From contig OX597829.1 of NCBI GenBank assembly GCA_951406725.2, positions 29,264,001 to 29,328,000 on the forward strand: DNA of 64,000 nt. Direction: 5' to 3'. Positions 63,523 to 64,000 of the stretch are shown here, piece by piece. This DNA comes from Octopus vulgaris. Taxonomy: Eukaryota. The position numbers and the translations under genes were made by a program. Within the stretch, counting starts at the first letter, position 1. Every line of letters starts with the position of its first letter. Below the pieces are notes generated by a model. The model did not search any database, was not told the DNA's origin, and worked only from the letters and a program-made list of their open reading frames with translations.

Positions 63523-64000
63523 TACATATATATCATAGACATATATCATCAACATGATTATTATCATGTTAATGTTCATTTTTCCATACTTGCATGGGTT
63601 TAATGGAATTTGTTGACACAGATTTTCTATGGCTGGATACCCTTCTTGTTTCCAAGTAAGGTATGCCCCCTAATCAGATAAGTTTACAAATAATTATTGG
63701 AAACAAAACACCACTTGCACGACAGGGACACTTGTTTACAATTATCACAGAAGGCAGGAAGACAGTAACACACACACATGCATACACGACAGGCTTCTTT
63801 TAGTTTCTGTCTTCTAGATTCACTCATAATGCTTTGGTTGGTATGAAGCTATAGTACAAGACACTTACCCAAGGTGCCACACAGTGAGAATGAACCCAGA
63901 ATCCTGTGTATGTGCTGCATGCACACACACACACACATTATTGCAATGAAATGTGCCTTCAACCATTCAACCATTTCAGGAACTTCAAGACTAGCAACAG

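Overview
AT-rich, repeat-dense animal genomic DNA. The SINE/RTE/Penelope repeat complement points to an octopod cephalopod (Octopus sp.; inference). The only host gene I can support is the 5' part of an ARID4A/ARID4B (RBBP1/hat-trick) ortholog on the minus strand. It has an ATG-terminal start exon (47913-47915), then exons 16900-17010, 4271-4336 and 90-183, which splice in frame to the N-terminal Tudor region [91 protein letters not shown]; the gene runs off the left edge. A repeat-poor, CpG-retaining zone at about 45-51.4 kb holds the probable promoter(s). The rest is decayed transposons: tRNA-derived SINEs, RTE LINEs, a Gypsy RT fragment, mariner/Tc1/maT/pogo, hAT, piggyBac-like MITEs, a Helitron-like element and a Merlin-like element with internal telomere-like repeats. 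The most interesting signal is a set of non-coding elements sitting in (TA)n tracts that carry type I hammerhead ribozyme folds. Some have unusually long stem II, one has a CCGACGA core variant, and two are arranged as long palindromes inside ARID4 intron 1. Almost none of the supplied ORFs are real host genes.
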